A model generated the notes under the pieces. The model was not told the origin of the DNA. It was given only the letters and a program-made list of their open reading frames with translations, and did no database searches. 64,000 bases of DNA from Epiperipatus broadwayi. Lineage: Eukaryota; Animalia; Onychophora. Within the stretch, counting starts at the first letter, position 1; the number at the start of each line of letters is the position of its first letter. This document shows positions 1 through 12,740 of this stretch, piece after piece. Where the stretch lies: positions 5,642,001-5,706,000 of the forward strand of contig JAQFVV010000009.1 in NCBI GenBank assembly GCA_028023455.1, given 5' to 3'. The position numbers and the translations under genes are program-made.

Positions 1-1441
1 ATTTAATAATAATAGTTGTAAAAAATTAATTTTGTTACAATTCTTTATTTTCAAATAATGTTAACTATTTTAAAATAATGTTCCTATAGGAACCATTTGG
101 AAACTCTTGGATCTTCTGCTTTAAACAAAAGAAGGGAATTGTCACTTCTTCATCATGTCACTTATAAGAGGGAAGTCAATAAAAACTGTAATGATTGTTT
201 AAGTTAATAATTCAGACTCTGGGATAAAACTTCAGAGTGCCTTATCTTGATCTTTCCGGAAGTATAACTGATTATGGAACTATAAACAAAGGAATGCCTT
301 AAAATTAACTTCGATTTTGCCAGTCTATTAATTACTGTCTGAAATTGAAAATGTGTGACTCTTGCTATAAGAAAACTTGCCTCTAATTAATTGTAAAATG
401 AAAATATTCTTCTATGAATTGATTTTAAAAAGCTATGTAATTTTGATACTCTTAATAATAGGAAAAACTACATGGAAATAAACTACTAGTAAAACAAACC
501 ATGAGAACTTAAGATATTAGAAAATTGTTTGCTGACATATAAAATAATGATTTTAATTGGATGAACTTAATATAAATTTTTTCTTTATTAATTATTATAA
601 ATCAACAAAGATTTTTTTCTATCACATGTGCCCTTCATACAATCTTTGATATAAATACAATTATTTTTTTATATTATTCTCATTCTGTTTGTTAATTAAA
701 ATTATTGTTATTATTAATCATTTTGTTGCTTCTTTATTTCTCATTTGAATTCTAAGTAGATTATTTATTTTATCATTTAATAATATTATTAATGTGAAAA
801 AGAGTAACAATCAGGAAACATGGTTGAAACTGTATAAAGATTTGATATTTATGTGAGTTCAGTCTGATTGTTATTTGTAGCCATTATAAATTAGTCACTT
901 AAAATTAAAATTTGTATAGTCACTCTACCATGTACATGGTCGCCTGTTAGATATTTATAATTTTCCTAGACTAAAAATAATTTGCAAATATTGGCATTTT
1001 ATTGATTGTTTTGATGAGTTATCAATTAGTATCATTATTAAAAGGGTGATTATTGATATATTTGGGGTGTTGTCCAGATATTCTTGATCAAAACAAACAG
1101 GGATTAAACCCAATTTAGTTAAAAATATATTTTTTTATTAGCATTCAAAAAAAAAAAAAAAGCCATTGGAGTATAGAATATAAAATATTTGATCTGATGA
1201 GAAATATGATAATTTATTTTGTTGTTAAAAAATAAATAAATCAATAACTAAATTTATAAGTGTTTTTAAACAGCAATAGTAATAGAAATGGGTTGGTAGA
1301 AATAATAGTAGGCAAATAAAATAAAGCATTAGAATTAAAATATAGTGCAGTGATAGAAAGGCTACATGTTGGAAAGAGGGGTGGGCATTCTAGTTGTCAA
1401 ATAAATAAAGGAAGTAAAAAAAAGTTATTAAAGTTTTTACA
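1..1441 (+). mobile_element. 5' LTR (begins ~120 bp upstream of the window) of a Gag-only LTR retroelement
   Basis: 1-936 aligns in direct orientation with 4247-5191 (roughly 85% by eye). The second copy follows a polypurine tract and starts with TGTAAC, so the pair look like LTRs. The candidate LTR end TTACA at 1437-1441 follows several AATAAA signals; this end is inferred. Confidence 0.6.
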
Positions 1442-1500
1442 TATATATATTTAAATTGTTATAGAAAAGTTAGCCGCTAATTTTAATATAATTGTTATAT

Positions 1501-2200
1501 ATGATTACTCGAGCTAAAGCAAAAATGGAAGCTTAGGGAAATAAAATGGAGTCTCATAATAGTGAGTTTATGAATATGATCATGAACATACTCAAAGAAA
1601 TTAAAAGTCAAAATGAGATTCAGACAAAGCAAAGTGAAAATTGTAAATTCTAAATTGAAGGACTGAAAAGCCAAATGGAAGAGGAAATGGAAGATCTTCA
1701 AACACAGAATTGAAAGATCTTAAAACCCAAATGGAAGAACAAAACAAAGGTCTTAAAAGTAATATTGAGAGTCAAACAAGGGAGAATAAAAAACTTGTAA
1801 GGTCAGAAAGTAAAGTTAGTGAAATGTCTTGAAGTTCAAAATAATAAATAAAATGTTGTGGTAGCTGAGCAAATAGATATAGCTAATTGTGATACAATTT
1901 CAGAATCATAAGAGATAGATAGTATATCTATGATATATGAAACAGATAAAATTAGTGATAAATACAAGAGTGTATTAGTTAAAGATGTTCAGTATGTTGA
2001 TAGTAAATTAAATTTACAGTTAACATAAAAACCTTGGAGGGTGATGTTTGCATTATAATTAATAACCATGTATCTGAAAGCATACATAATAAAAGTAAAA
2101 GTGAAAAAATGTCTGATTTGGAAAATGAATTAGGTTACTTAAGTGTAAAAGAATAATCAAGATCATTTTAATAGAATTAAGTATAAAAGTATTTTGCATC
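1501..2200 (+). pseudogene. Degraded coiled-coil Gag-like ORF (MITRAKAKMEA*...LKSQMEEEMEDLQ...LKTQMEEQ)
   Basis: ATG at 1501 just after the candidate LTR end; repeated LK(S/T)QMEE heptad-like units; several stops and frameshifts. Confidence 0.45.
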
Positions 2201-2321
2201 ATAGGGTGTATAAAAACAGGCAAAACTCTCTATACATATTGTCACTCAGTGCAATCCAGAGTAATCAATGGATGCCAGAAGGTTTATGCATAAAATCCCT
2301 TCTAATGCATACTCATCCAAT

Positions 2322-2362
2322 ATTGCCAGACTAGTTTCTGGCTTGTGGTCGTCAGTGAGGAG
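2322..2362 (-). ncRNA. Degenerate type I hammerhead motif (family 1), stem II damaged
   Basis: Minus strand reads cctca-CTGACGA-ccacaagcca-GAAA-ctagtc-tggcaa; 3 nt (agg) are missing from stem II relative to the other copies. Confidence 0.6.
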
Positions 2363-2754
2363 CTTTGGATCTGAGAGCACTGCAGCTAGATCTTAGGATC
2401 TAATGCAACCCTCCAGCAGCCACCTTTTATTTCTACTTAACTACAAAACTATGAGACTTAAATTGAAAACACTATAATATTTCCAATCCAACCTCATCAG
2501 CTTATATAGTCATATAGGTCTGAATTCAGTTCAGTACCCATGCATTTTGGTGTCGTTGGTTCTTTAATAACCATAGCCACCACTATCCTATTAGGCAGGA
2601 TTGGTTTTAAGCCAGTAAACATCACATGATCACTATTTCTTATACTCTTAACTGTTATTAAAACAGGCAAAACTCTCTATACACATTGCCACTCAGTGCA
2701 AGCCAGAGTTGCATTAGATCTAAGTTCTAGCTGCAGTGCTCTCAGTATCCAAGA

Positions 2755-2797
2755 CTCCTGACTGATGAAGGCCACAAGCCAGAAATAGTCTGGGGAT
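2755..2797 (+). ncRNA. Type I hammerhead motif (family 1), mutated
   Basis: tcctga-CTGATGA-aggc-cacaa-gcca-GAAA-tagtc-tgggga; one C lost in stem III and one mismatch in stem I. Confidence 0.65.
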
Positions 2798-3595
2798 ATT
2801 GGATGAGTAGGTACTAGATGGGGATTTTATGCACAAGTTTCCGGCATTTCATTGATTAGTCTGGTTTGCATTGAGTGGCAATATGTATAGAGAGTTTTGC
2901 CTGTTTTAATAACAGTTAAGAGTAAGCATAAGAAATAGTGATCATGTGATGTTTATTAGGGTGTATAAAAAATACCAGGAAACTAGAGAAGAAAAACCCA
3001 GAATTAAGACAAGTAATTAAGCTAGATAGATTGTCTAAGAAATTAAGTACAAGAACTCATTATGTGAGAACAAAAACAAAAAGTAGAGAGCACAAAAAAT
3101 TCATTTTTTCTAAAAATGAATCAAGAGTTGCCATATGGTAAATAAAAGGTGTTTCAGGCCATTCCGAGAGAGGGCCTCTATATTAATAAAAAATATTTAG
3201 AGAGAGACAAAGTTTAATCCTTCTATGAATAAGGATACCCTGGACTTGTTAAAAAATACTTGATATAGGAAAATGTATATATAATTATGTGGTATAGATT
3301 ATGTTACTGAGCAAAAAAAAAATTAATAGTTTTGAAAATGAATTGTGCTCTTCAAATGCTAAAAAAAATAATTGACAAAGAAGTATGCTAAATGAATTAA
3401 ATATAATAGGGTTATAAAACATATACAAGAAAACACTGTATAATTTGAACTAAAATTAATTCCATTGGTTTTTCAATGGTTGATCATTGATGATGAATGG
3501 AGAGGAATTCATTGTGTTAAAGTTGTCATGTTTTCATGATACTTTTAGAGTCTTTGTATAAGCACTGTTCCCAAACATTTAGTCTTATATTTGTC

Positions 3596-3730
3596 CGCCT
3601 CTAAATCTAAAAGTAAGCCAGGCATAATTTTTATATTTATCAGCCTCTAAATGTCAAGAGTGAGGCAGACATAATTCTTACATTGTATTGTGTATTAGGC
3701 TCTAAATTTCATAGTGAAGCAAGACTTTAG
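3596..3730 (+). repeat. Three degenerate ~46-55 bp tandem units in the 3' internal region of the LTR element
   Basis: Units start at 3596, 3642 and 3697 and share gcctctaaat...agt(a/g)a(g/a)g(c)..(g/a)gac/ggcata. Confidence 0.55.
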
Positions 3731-4109
3731 TTAAATGTACTGTTCATTTATATGTGGTTTGGTTGATATTATATTGGTGCTTGAGATAGTTCTTTTGGTG
3801 TGCATGTTACATGGTCTCGAGGATTGTCACTGGGAGATTTTTTTCATTCATCCAACATGTTGAGTGGATGATCAAATCCAATAAATAGTTTTAATGGAAT
3901 TTATAAAAAAATATATGTATACCAAGTGTAATAAATTAGTAAATGTTACAAGGATGATATTGTTTGTTATATTCATATTATAGCTTGTAAGTCCATTTTA
4001 AAGAAGTACAACTAAGCATGACAATAGTTTAAGATTAAAAAAAATTTTTTTAGAGTAGAAATAAAGTCTAGTGATATTTACGCAGAATTGACTCTATTTT
4101 GTCCTAAAT

Positions 4110-5192
4110 GGAGGAGGGGCAAATGTAACCTCTATAACTGAGTTTACATTCATTGCTTTTTGGTAAACATATGTGCGTTTTTAATTATATATTCTAAAAA
4201 TGTATAAAAGTCATTCATGTGTGTAAATAAATTAGAAAGTTATTTTATTTAATAATGATAATTGTAAAAAATTAAAATTTTATTACAATTCTTATGGAAA
4301 GCAATCAGAAACTCTTGGATTGCCTGCTTTAAAAAAAGGCAGAAATTGTCACTTCTTTATTGTGTCACTTATAAGAGGGAAGTCAATAAATATTATACTG
4401 ATTGTTTAAATTGATAATGCACTCTCTGGAATAAAACTTTAGAATGCCTTTTCTTGATCTTTCCGGAAGTTATGGAACTGTAAACAAAATGAATTCCTTA
4501 AAGTTAACTTTGATTCTGCCAGTCTATTAATTACTGTCGGAAATTGAAAATGTGTGACACTTGCTATAAGAAAACTTGCTATCTAATTAATTGTAAAATG
4601 GAAAGATTCTTCTATGAATTGATTTGTAAAGCTACATAATTTCAATACTTTTAATAATAGGAAAAACTACATGGCAATAAACTACTAATAAAATAAACCA
4701 CGAAAAGTGTTAAGGTATTAGAAAATTGTTTGCTGACATGTAAAATAATGATTTTGATGACCATATATCTACATTTACAAGCTAATGAAACATAAGCTCA
4801 TGGAAACATATATAGGTAATTGGATGAACTTAATATAAACTTTTTTTTTATGAATTATTACAACAAAGATGTTTCCTATCGTATGCTTTTCATATAATCT
4901 TAGATGTAAATATGTAAATGCATTTTTTATATATTCTCATTCTGCTTGTTAATTAAAATTATTATTAGTATTAATAATTTTGTTGCTTGTTTATTTATTA
5001 TCTAATTTCTAAGTAGATTATTTATTTTATCATTTAATAATATTATTAATGTGGAGGGTGTAACGATCAGGAAACATGACTGAATCTGCATAAGGACCTG
5101 CTTTTTTATATGTTCAGTCTGATTGTTATCCATGACTATTATAAATTAGTCAATTAAATTTAAAATTTGTATTGTCACTCCACCATGTACAC
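4110..5192 (+). mobile_element. Polypurine tract plus 3' LTR, interrupted by a hAT insertion
   Basis: ggaggagggg (4110-4119), then TGTAACC at 4124. 4247-5191 matches 1-936. Homology stops where the hAT TIR begins (5193). Confidence 0.65.
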
Positions 5193-7365
5193 CAATAATT
5201 CTCAAATTTTTTCGACCGCAGACCCCTTTATCAAAAACCATTGATCCTCTAGTCATTTACTTTACTTACTCAATTAATAAATTTGTACAATGCTTAATAT
5301 TAAATATTTCACTAGCTATCAAACTTTTCATTTTAATTACTTGCAATTAATGATTGAAAAAGATGAAAGGACTACGGAATATGTCATTATCTTGGCAACA
5401 TTTAATATTGAAACCTATACTAACGAAAAATATGAGCAAAGTTTTTTTTAATTTTTGACATTTATGAAATAAATATGTAAATTCAAAATAAGTACAAATA
5501 TTAAATCACTTTATTAAACATAAAAATGAAGTGAAAAAATGAACATATTCAGACAGAATTAAACATCAATAAAATTACAACAACGAAAGATATTAATCAG
5601 AATTATAAAAATAAGAAAACCAAATAAATTAGCTTGGAAAACTGAATTTAGTGAGATGGTTACATCTGGTGATCTGTCCACAATTTATCTATGTCTGTTT
5701 TTAAATTAGTGAGTTGCATTCTCAAATCTCCATGTTCATTGATATGTAATCGATTTTCTGTTCTGAAGTGGGTTTAAAACTACACTGAAACCTCTCTCTA
5801 CCAGATACGATGATGGAAATGTCAGCAAATACTTTTGTATAAGAGTCCATAGTGCTGGGTACAGAAGTGGAAAATCTTGTTGCAGTCAAAACTTTTGATA
5901 ACCTTGTTTGAATTGCACCTTAAGATACTCATTCATGCTGATGGTTATCAGCTCTTCTTGGAAAATTGCATTTGGTTTTGCATTAGTAGAGCATGGGTTT
6001 TTTATCCACTCTGGTATTTCCAATGATAGAATATCTTCGAACCTAGTTTTGAAATCTAAGTTTAAGAGCCTCCAAGTGTTTGACATACAGCAAGATGTTT
6101 TCTTCTTGGATTGTGTCTATCTTAAATAAGTTGGGGAACTGTGAAAACTCAGATCTTGCAATATTTTGCTTAAAAAACATTAATCTGGCAACAATAGCTG
6201 ATATGACTGATTTTGCTTTTATGAGATTCAAATTGTCTTTATGCAGTTGTAAATATTTAGCAAATAAGTTGGTTAAATAAGCAATGTCTGTTTTACTCTT
6301 AAGTAAATTTTTTTTCAAACTGGAGTTCTCATCTTCCAAAACTTTAAAACAGATTGAATAAGTACAAAGAATCTCGTCAAATGTAAACCTTTTGAAAGCC
6401 AGCAGATTTCAGTATGGAGAACCAATCGATAGAAATCTTCACCGCTTTCCTTGCATAATCAAACAAACAGTCTAGTGTTCAAAACATTCCTTCAAATTTT
6501 GTTTACAGCTGTTATAATAAACTGAAGCAATTGATGCAATTTGTTGCTAATGTTCTTGGTTATTAGATGTTGCCCATGGATTATAGAGTGAACTGCAAGC
6601 ACTTTAGGTATGTATTGTTTCAGGAACTTATGAAACTGTAATAACGATCAACTACAGTTGGTGCTCCATCTGTTGCAACAGATATTATATTTGTCAATGG
6701 AATTACTTTTTTCCTCAAAAATAATTTTATTGAATTAAAAATCAATTTTCTCATTTATCAGTTTCTAAAGTTTTGGGAAAAAGCAAACATATGCCAGCAA
6801 CAAAGCTTCATTAACAGTAGAGTTCACTCATCCAATTGTAGGGAAAAAGTATTTTTTCCAAATCATTACACAAACAGTTTTTCATATTGTGACTCATTTC
6901 ATTGATACATCTTTGAATTGTGTTATTGCTCAAAGGAATTCTTTTTATAACATCTTGTGCAGGTTTGTGGAGTACAGTGTTCAGTATCTCTACTCCGGTA
7001 GAATCAGTTTCTCCCCTATGGTGTGTGATTCACCAGACTTAATGATGAGTAGGGATATGTTGTACGATACCCTTAATCCATCAACATTTTGCTTTGATGA
7101 TGAAAGAAACATAAATATATCATCATTCTCTTTAGAATTTTATCTTTAAGTAATTAAAGGTATGACAAATCATTCTCTTTTTTGTCAGGGTGAATTCTGT
7201 TCAAGTGATATGCCAGTTTTGATGGTTTCACAGCATTGTTGCTAAAGATTTTTTCACATATGAGGCACATTGGTAAATGTTTGTTTGATATTGATGGTAC
7301 AAATCCTAGCTTCAAATAGTTCAAGCTGTACTGTCTACATTTCTTTTTTGGTTCAGTTATATTAT
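5193..7365 (-). mobile_element. hAT (Charlie/Buster, ZBED5/SCAND3-like) DNA transposon relic with one recognisable TIR
   Basis: TIR-like CAATAATTCTCAAATTTTT..GACCGCAGACCCC at 5193, resembling Charlie CAGTGGTTCTCAAACTTTT. It is preceded by atgTAcac, matching the NNNTANNN target. The other TIR was not found. Confidence 0.85.
5648..7360 (-). pseudogene. hAT transposase pseudogene
   Basis: N-terminal BED finger YLKLGFV..PMCLICEKIFSNNAVKPSKLAYHLNRIHP; middle region KTRFEDIL..FQEELI; C-terminal dimerisation region YPALW..LLTFPSSYLVERGFS..DLRMQLT..PSH*. Multiple stops and frameshifts. Confidence 0.9.
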
Positions 7366-7396
7366 TATCATAAGAAATAAAAACTTTTATTAAATT

Positions 7397-7830
7397 ATTA
7401 TAGAAGAATTAGAAGAAAAATTGAAATGTCTAAAGAGATTTTTAGTAAGGCTAAAATATTAGTTTTAAGAAAATGGATTATTAAATATTTGTTGGAGTGT
7501 AGCTTTATTTGAATTAGAAGTTTTAGCACATTGGAAAGGACAAAGAAAAAAATATTGGAATTTTTAGGATGTGATTTGAAAGAGAATGAAAGGGATTATA
7601 TAAAAGTGTTGAAAGAATAAATGTAAAATTATTCTTTATCGAGAAAATTATGAGGTGAAATTAGATCGAGAATTTTTTAAAACTATTTTGGAAATGGCTA
7701 TGTAGATTAAGAAAAAAATACAGAATAGAAGAAGAAAATACTGAATGATAATTTTCAGATGGTAAATAGTTATCAAGCATTCAAGAAACAAGAATAGAAG
7801 GACATGGAGATAGTGTAGTTTAATATAAGA
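7397..7830 (+). mobile_element. Highly degraded 3' fragment of an RTE-type LINE
   Basis: Translated fragments (RRIRRKIEMSKEIFSK...LILEGK-like...GHGD) follow the RTE C-terminal pattern; many stops. Confidence 0.4.
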
Positions 7831-7924
7831 CTTGATTTTTGGTTGATAATTAGTAATAATGAAGTGAGTACTTTAATGTTATAGTATACATTATATATAT
7901 TTTAAGTATTGATAGAAGTTATAG

Positions 7925-10900
7925 AAAAGACCAATAATATGAATTGCCATTATGCTTTGGATTTATTAATTATGAAAAGTCATTTGATTTTTTAAGCATT
8001 TCTTCAATGATTAAAGCATTGAATTATCAAGGTATATCCCCAGGATATTGTCATATTCTGAAGAATATTTATAAAATGCAACAGCAACAATTAAATTACA
8101 TAATGATACTAGGAAGGTTAACAGTGAGAAGAGTGTAAAACAAGATGACTCCCAAAACTTTTTACTGTAGTGCTGCAAAAAGTATTTTGTGGATTAAAAT
8201 GGGAAGCTAAAGGAATGAAAGTAAATAGATATTATCTTTCAAAAGGAAAATTTATTCACAATCCATAAGAATCATTTACAAAAAAAAAAAGGACCTTTAC
8301 TTATCAATCTCAGTGGAGACCAGTTAACAAAGTCAGAAGTTATGCTTGTATACATATAATAACCAATTAATTTCATAACAATTACATTAAGACTTTAATT
8401 ATCACCAGAAATCGAAGACATATATTTTCCTATTCCAGAAAATCATAGTTGTGGCCCATTTACATTAATCTGATCATGTATATCATATATATGAAGATGT
8501 TATTCAATTCAAACACATATAAGTTTGTTTAATTTATGAACATGTAGATAATGATTAAAAACATAGTCTGTAAAGCTTTTGTTATCTTACCAAGTGAAGA
8601 GCACTTCCAATGTTTCTGGGTGTATTATTAACATTTAAATTTTGAGAGATTAGTCATTTTGAATCATATATTAAAAGCCTTACACTTTACTTACAGATCA
8701 TGAGGTTAGCCAATCCAAGATAGCGTTAACATTCATAAAAATTATTTAAAAGCAGGTTTTCATAGAATACCTAAGACTGAAAATTATATGAAATATATCA
8801 TAGATTCTTTACAATAAACAAATCGGTTACCATTAAGCATTATTAAAGCAGTCTTAATGTATTTATTGGGTCATTGATTAAAGCTGATCCTTAATCAAAT
8901 GAAAGCCCTTTCCTACTGAATAATTTTATAATAGCATTTTTTTAGTTCTTGGATATAAAGTTTAGGTAAATGGTTCACTCAAATTTTCTTAGTAACTGTG
9001 GATTTACAACTTTATATTCTTTTCATCATCAGTACTACATTTTGTTTTAGGTTTATTAGAGACCGGGTCTGGTTAAAACCTTAATTTTGAAAAAATTTTT
9101 TGTTCTACTTTTTTTTTTTCTTATAAAGAGTAAAAACTTTTTAAAAAAAAAAAAAAACCCTCCCTACCTATTTAATTCATTTATCCCACGACAACCTAAA
9201 AACCCCAAAACAAAAAAAATTTTTATTTTTAGTTTCTTCCAGATTCATAAGATCAGATGTGTTCCAGTAGTTTAGTTTGTTATTGAATATTGTTCCTGGC
9301 TTCTTCATTTTTAGATTGTTAAATACTATGGAGATTTGTTTTGAATCCAAAGCCTTCCACTTTTGGGAGGTGGCCTATCGGTAGGAGTTATTTCTTCTGG
9401 AAATATTGGCCCTCCCATATCTGGGTTTTTCATAAATAATCTGGTAAGTACATTATGAGAACACTGTATTAATAAGATCTTGATTGAGGGTAATCCTAAG
9501 CCGTTCATCTGTTTATGTTTCTGTACGATGCGCAGGCTGGTGACAGGAGCTCCCCCCTCCCACAGCTTCCTACATTGGGTTTTGACCTTTTTTATAAAGG
9601 CTTTCATCGGGGAGAAAGCCCACAAGGAAGTATGTGATCTTCGGAAGCATGAGTGCATTCATTGGCATGATTTTCCCGAACCAAGACAAATAAATCTCCA
9701 ATGATCCAATAAATTTTGTTATCTTAATCATTAGATCATCTTCAATTTCCTTTCTCATTTTAGATGGGGGGAGGGGGACACTAGATGAAAACCCAGGAAC
9801 TTCTGAGGTGGAGCATTAAACATGCTGGGAATTTGCTTGCCGGTTATAATTGACCAGATCGCCGATTTCTCCTTGTTGACTCCTAGACCAAATTCACATT
9901 CGAATGTCCAAGAGCTCCCCTAGCTAAGCGAACTCCTCCCGTGAAGCAAGAAAAACCACCACATTGTTCATATAGGAGATGTAATAGACCCTCTTCTTCA
10001 ACAAAGGTATGGGTATTCCTTTAAGAGATGTCTCGATGCATAGCAGGAGGGGATTCACATAGACAGTGAAAAGGAGCACACTCAGAGGAGAGCCCTGAGG
10101 AATAGAAACAACAGGCCTAAATCATGGGGGCACCCTCCCATATAGAGACAAAAACAGCTCCCTATTATACAGGAGGTTCTCTATCATCTGGAGGTAGGCA
10201 GCTGGTACTCCTTCCAGGTCCTGATCTTCATAAGTGCGTCAACTTGAACGCAATCAAAAGTGGTAGCAAAATTGAGCTGAATTGCAATTGGCTGTGACAT
10301 CTTCATGTGAACGTGGTCTATCAATAGATGAAATCAGCTCACAGTATCAGCCATCGAGCTCTTCTTTTTGGCAAACTGCATTTAGACAGCTGATCATTTT
10401 TTAATCAGGGCCTCAACTAACTTTACGAGTAGAGAGATTATCAATATTGGCCTGAGATTCCCCAGGTTTTGAGGGCCTTCTAGTTTCTTAACCAGAGGCC
10501 CCATGGCAATTGGGTTGATCCCTGGAAGTTCCTGGCAACCATCATCCAAAAGATCTGTCATCCTTTTAATGATTGGTACTGAGAAAGCACTTAAATGAAG
10601 CAGGAGCAATTTTGGGATTCCATGCAAGCCAGGATTTGTCTGGTATCATCTTTAATTTATCAATAATTCTTTTTTCTGTGATTTTGTGGATTGAATTTTT
10701 CATTAAATTCTCTTCTTTCAATCATGATTCCACCTGGTTTAAACTTTTCTACATAATGATCACATATCCTGGCCAGCATAGAAGACCCTCCATATAGGTT
10801 GCCATCTATCTTAATCACTCTAGGTGCCTTGGCCTTTTTGCTGTCTCCAAGGACCCACCTAAAATAGCCCCTGGTTCAGCAGTGCTGATGATGTATAAAT

Positions 10901-11670
10901 TGCCGTGATCTCTTTATAGAAAGATATTCAGCAACTTCCTCCTGCTTACTTTTGTATTTCAGTTTCTAACTCTATGATAGATTCGACATTCTGTGCCTCA
11001 CTGGGCAAGTACATTAACTTTGTTGCAGTCTTTTAAGTCATTTAGATTTTGCAGATGATGTAGTTGTTTTTGCAAATAATGCTTCAAAGCTTCAGGAAAT
11101 GTTGCAAGAATTATCAGATGAAAGTAGGACTAAAGGTAAAGAGACTAAAGTAGTGTTCAATAGATTGAAACATAATGAATAAAATTAATCATAGAATTAA
11201 ACTTGATTGGAGTGCTTTTGTTAAAAATTATGTAATATTAGAAAGAAATATGCCTATGTGTCTGAAAAGGAAGCTTTTTAATAAATGTGTTTTACCAATT
11301 TTTACCTATTTGACTGAGACTTGAACACTTAATCGAAGAACACAGAGACTTCAGACCACTTAAAGAAATATGGAGAGATGCATGAAAAGAAGAGATCAAA
11401 ATCACATTACATGGGCAAGAGAACAAACAGATGTTACTGACAGTGGAGTTGCGCTGGACATATTTCTAGAAAAGATAATAAAAGATAGGCAATTGATATA
11501 TTAAACTGAATTCTAAGAGATTTTAAAAAGACCCAGAAAGAGCCACACGTGAGATGGATGGATAAAATGAGGAAGTGTGCAGGGATGAGGTGGAGAAAAA
11601 GGGTTAGAGATCAGAAAAGATGAATTGAACTTGGAGAGACCATCCTGCAGTGGATTGATGATGATGATGA
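7925..11670 (+). mobile_element. 5'-truncated RTE LINE split into 7925-8235 and 11033-11670 by a nested insertion
   Basis: The left part (ELPLCFGFINYEKSFD...) and right part (SHLDFADD..., GAT-repeat tail at 11654-11670) are colinear with 33375-34480. They join at gatattat|ttaagtcatt. Confidence 0.85.
8236..11032 (-). mobile_element. 5'-truncated L1/Tx1-like LINE (RT pseudogene plus 3' region) nested in the RTE
   Basis: Minus-strand motifs NLRPILIISLLVKL, QLNFATTFDCV, PQGSPLSVLLF, YMNN (degraded YADD), LMLPKITYFL..KKV..LWEGG..GLGLP; possible C-terminal Zn-knuckle remnant near 8800. Short tcttt repeat at both junctions. Confidence 0.8.
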
Positions 11671-12169
11671 TTTTTGAGTAAGGGAAAAATCTTTGATTTT
11701 CTTCTCTCATGACTTCAAAACATAAAATTGTATCATTGCATATATATATACATATAAAAGAGAAAGCATGTAGCATTATGACATCAAATTGATTCTTAAG
11801 CTTACTATAGTATAAAAGCAATCTTTCGCCCTGTTATTTTAGCATCATCTATTGTTAGCTTGAGTTATTGTAATTTAATCTTCCTTCTCAGACTAATTTC
11901 TGGGTTTTTTTCTTTATTAATAAGGATTTGGGATTCAAAGCTTGATATCAGATCTGTATAACTACCCAAGAAAATAAACATGGGTTCAAAAATCTTGTGA
12001 TTTTTTTAAATTTCAAATTATTAAAACAGAAGTATAAAAAATTAATGGCAGCTTCCAGATGTAATACTGCATTAGTTCCAGCTTTTAATCCAAAGTCCTC
12101 ATTGATAATGATAAAAGTTAGAAATAACTCTGGGAATGAATTAGAAATAAATTTCTGATAATTTAGCTA

Positions 12170-12425
12170 GATGTCTAAAGAAGCAGAAAGTATGCAAATA
12201 ATGAAGTTGTGGGAGAACAAATATAGATCAAGTGAATAGACAGCAAGTGAGTTATTGGTCTTTATGTTGGGATTGGTAAAAAATGAGGCTGATCTAGATA
12301 CAAAGGTTATGGGATGGACAAAGATGATGTTGTGGAAATGGGATAGAGCAGGATAAAGAAAAATATGGGAAAAACTTAGGGTGGGGAATTGGCTAAGAAA
12401 TGGAGTAGCCATATCACACATCACA
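12170..12425 (+). mobile_element. 3'-end fragment of the LINE family at 54300-56966
   Basis: Encodes IMKLWENKY..SELLVFMLGL..DLDTKV..TKMMLWKWDRAG*, matching the C-terminus of ORF 54792-56852. Ends in an atcac-type tail. Confidence 0.85.
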
Positions 12426-12740
12426 GCTGCTCTTGTTTAAAAAGAATATATTTATTAATGAAATATTTATGTATATTAATGTTAAATCTACATTTAGTAT
12501 TATATTGATACAGAATAGCCTTATTTTTCACAATCTGTGAATCTAATTTTACATGATCACAATGGAATAATTTTGAATCTAATAAAAAGTTTCATTGCTT
12601 CATAGAACAGAAGCATCATAGATTGTACAAGTTTAACAAAGTGTACAAGCAATTTAAAAATACAATCTCTTTAATCTGTGCCTTTATTCATTTTTGTATA
12701 TATATAGTATTTACATTACATATTCTTTTAAGCTAAATGT

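Larger units (their letters stand above)
2217..2956 (-). mobile_element. Hammerhead-bearing non-autonomous Penelope-like/retrozyme element, family 1, insertion A
   Basis: TSD tagggtgtataaaaa at 2202-2216 and 2957-2971. Direct repeat 2213-2262/2660-2709 (period ~447). Inverted partial copy at ~2708-2956. Two hammerhead motifs in opposite orientation. Homologous to 38456-39320. Confidence 0.85.

Noticed and set aside
2455-2485. CTGATGA on the minus strand inside the family 1 unit, followed by GAAA
   Set aside because: No stem II, and the homologous positions in insertion B read ctaatgg/ttaatgg, so it is not conserved.
3596-3730. Spaced repeats superficially like a CRISPR array
   Set aside because: Eukaryotic context, degenerate units, only three copies and no cas genes; an ordinary LTR-element tandem repeat.
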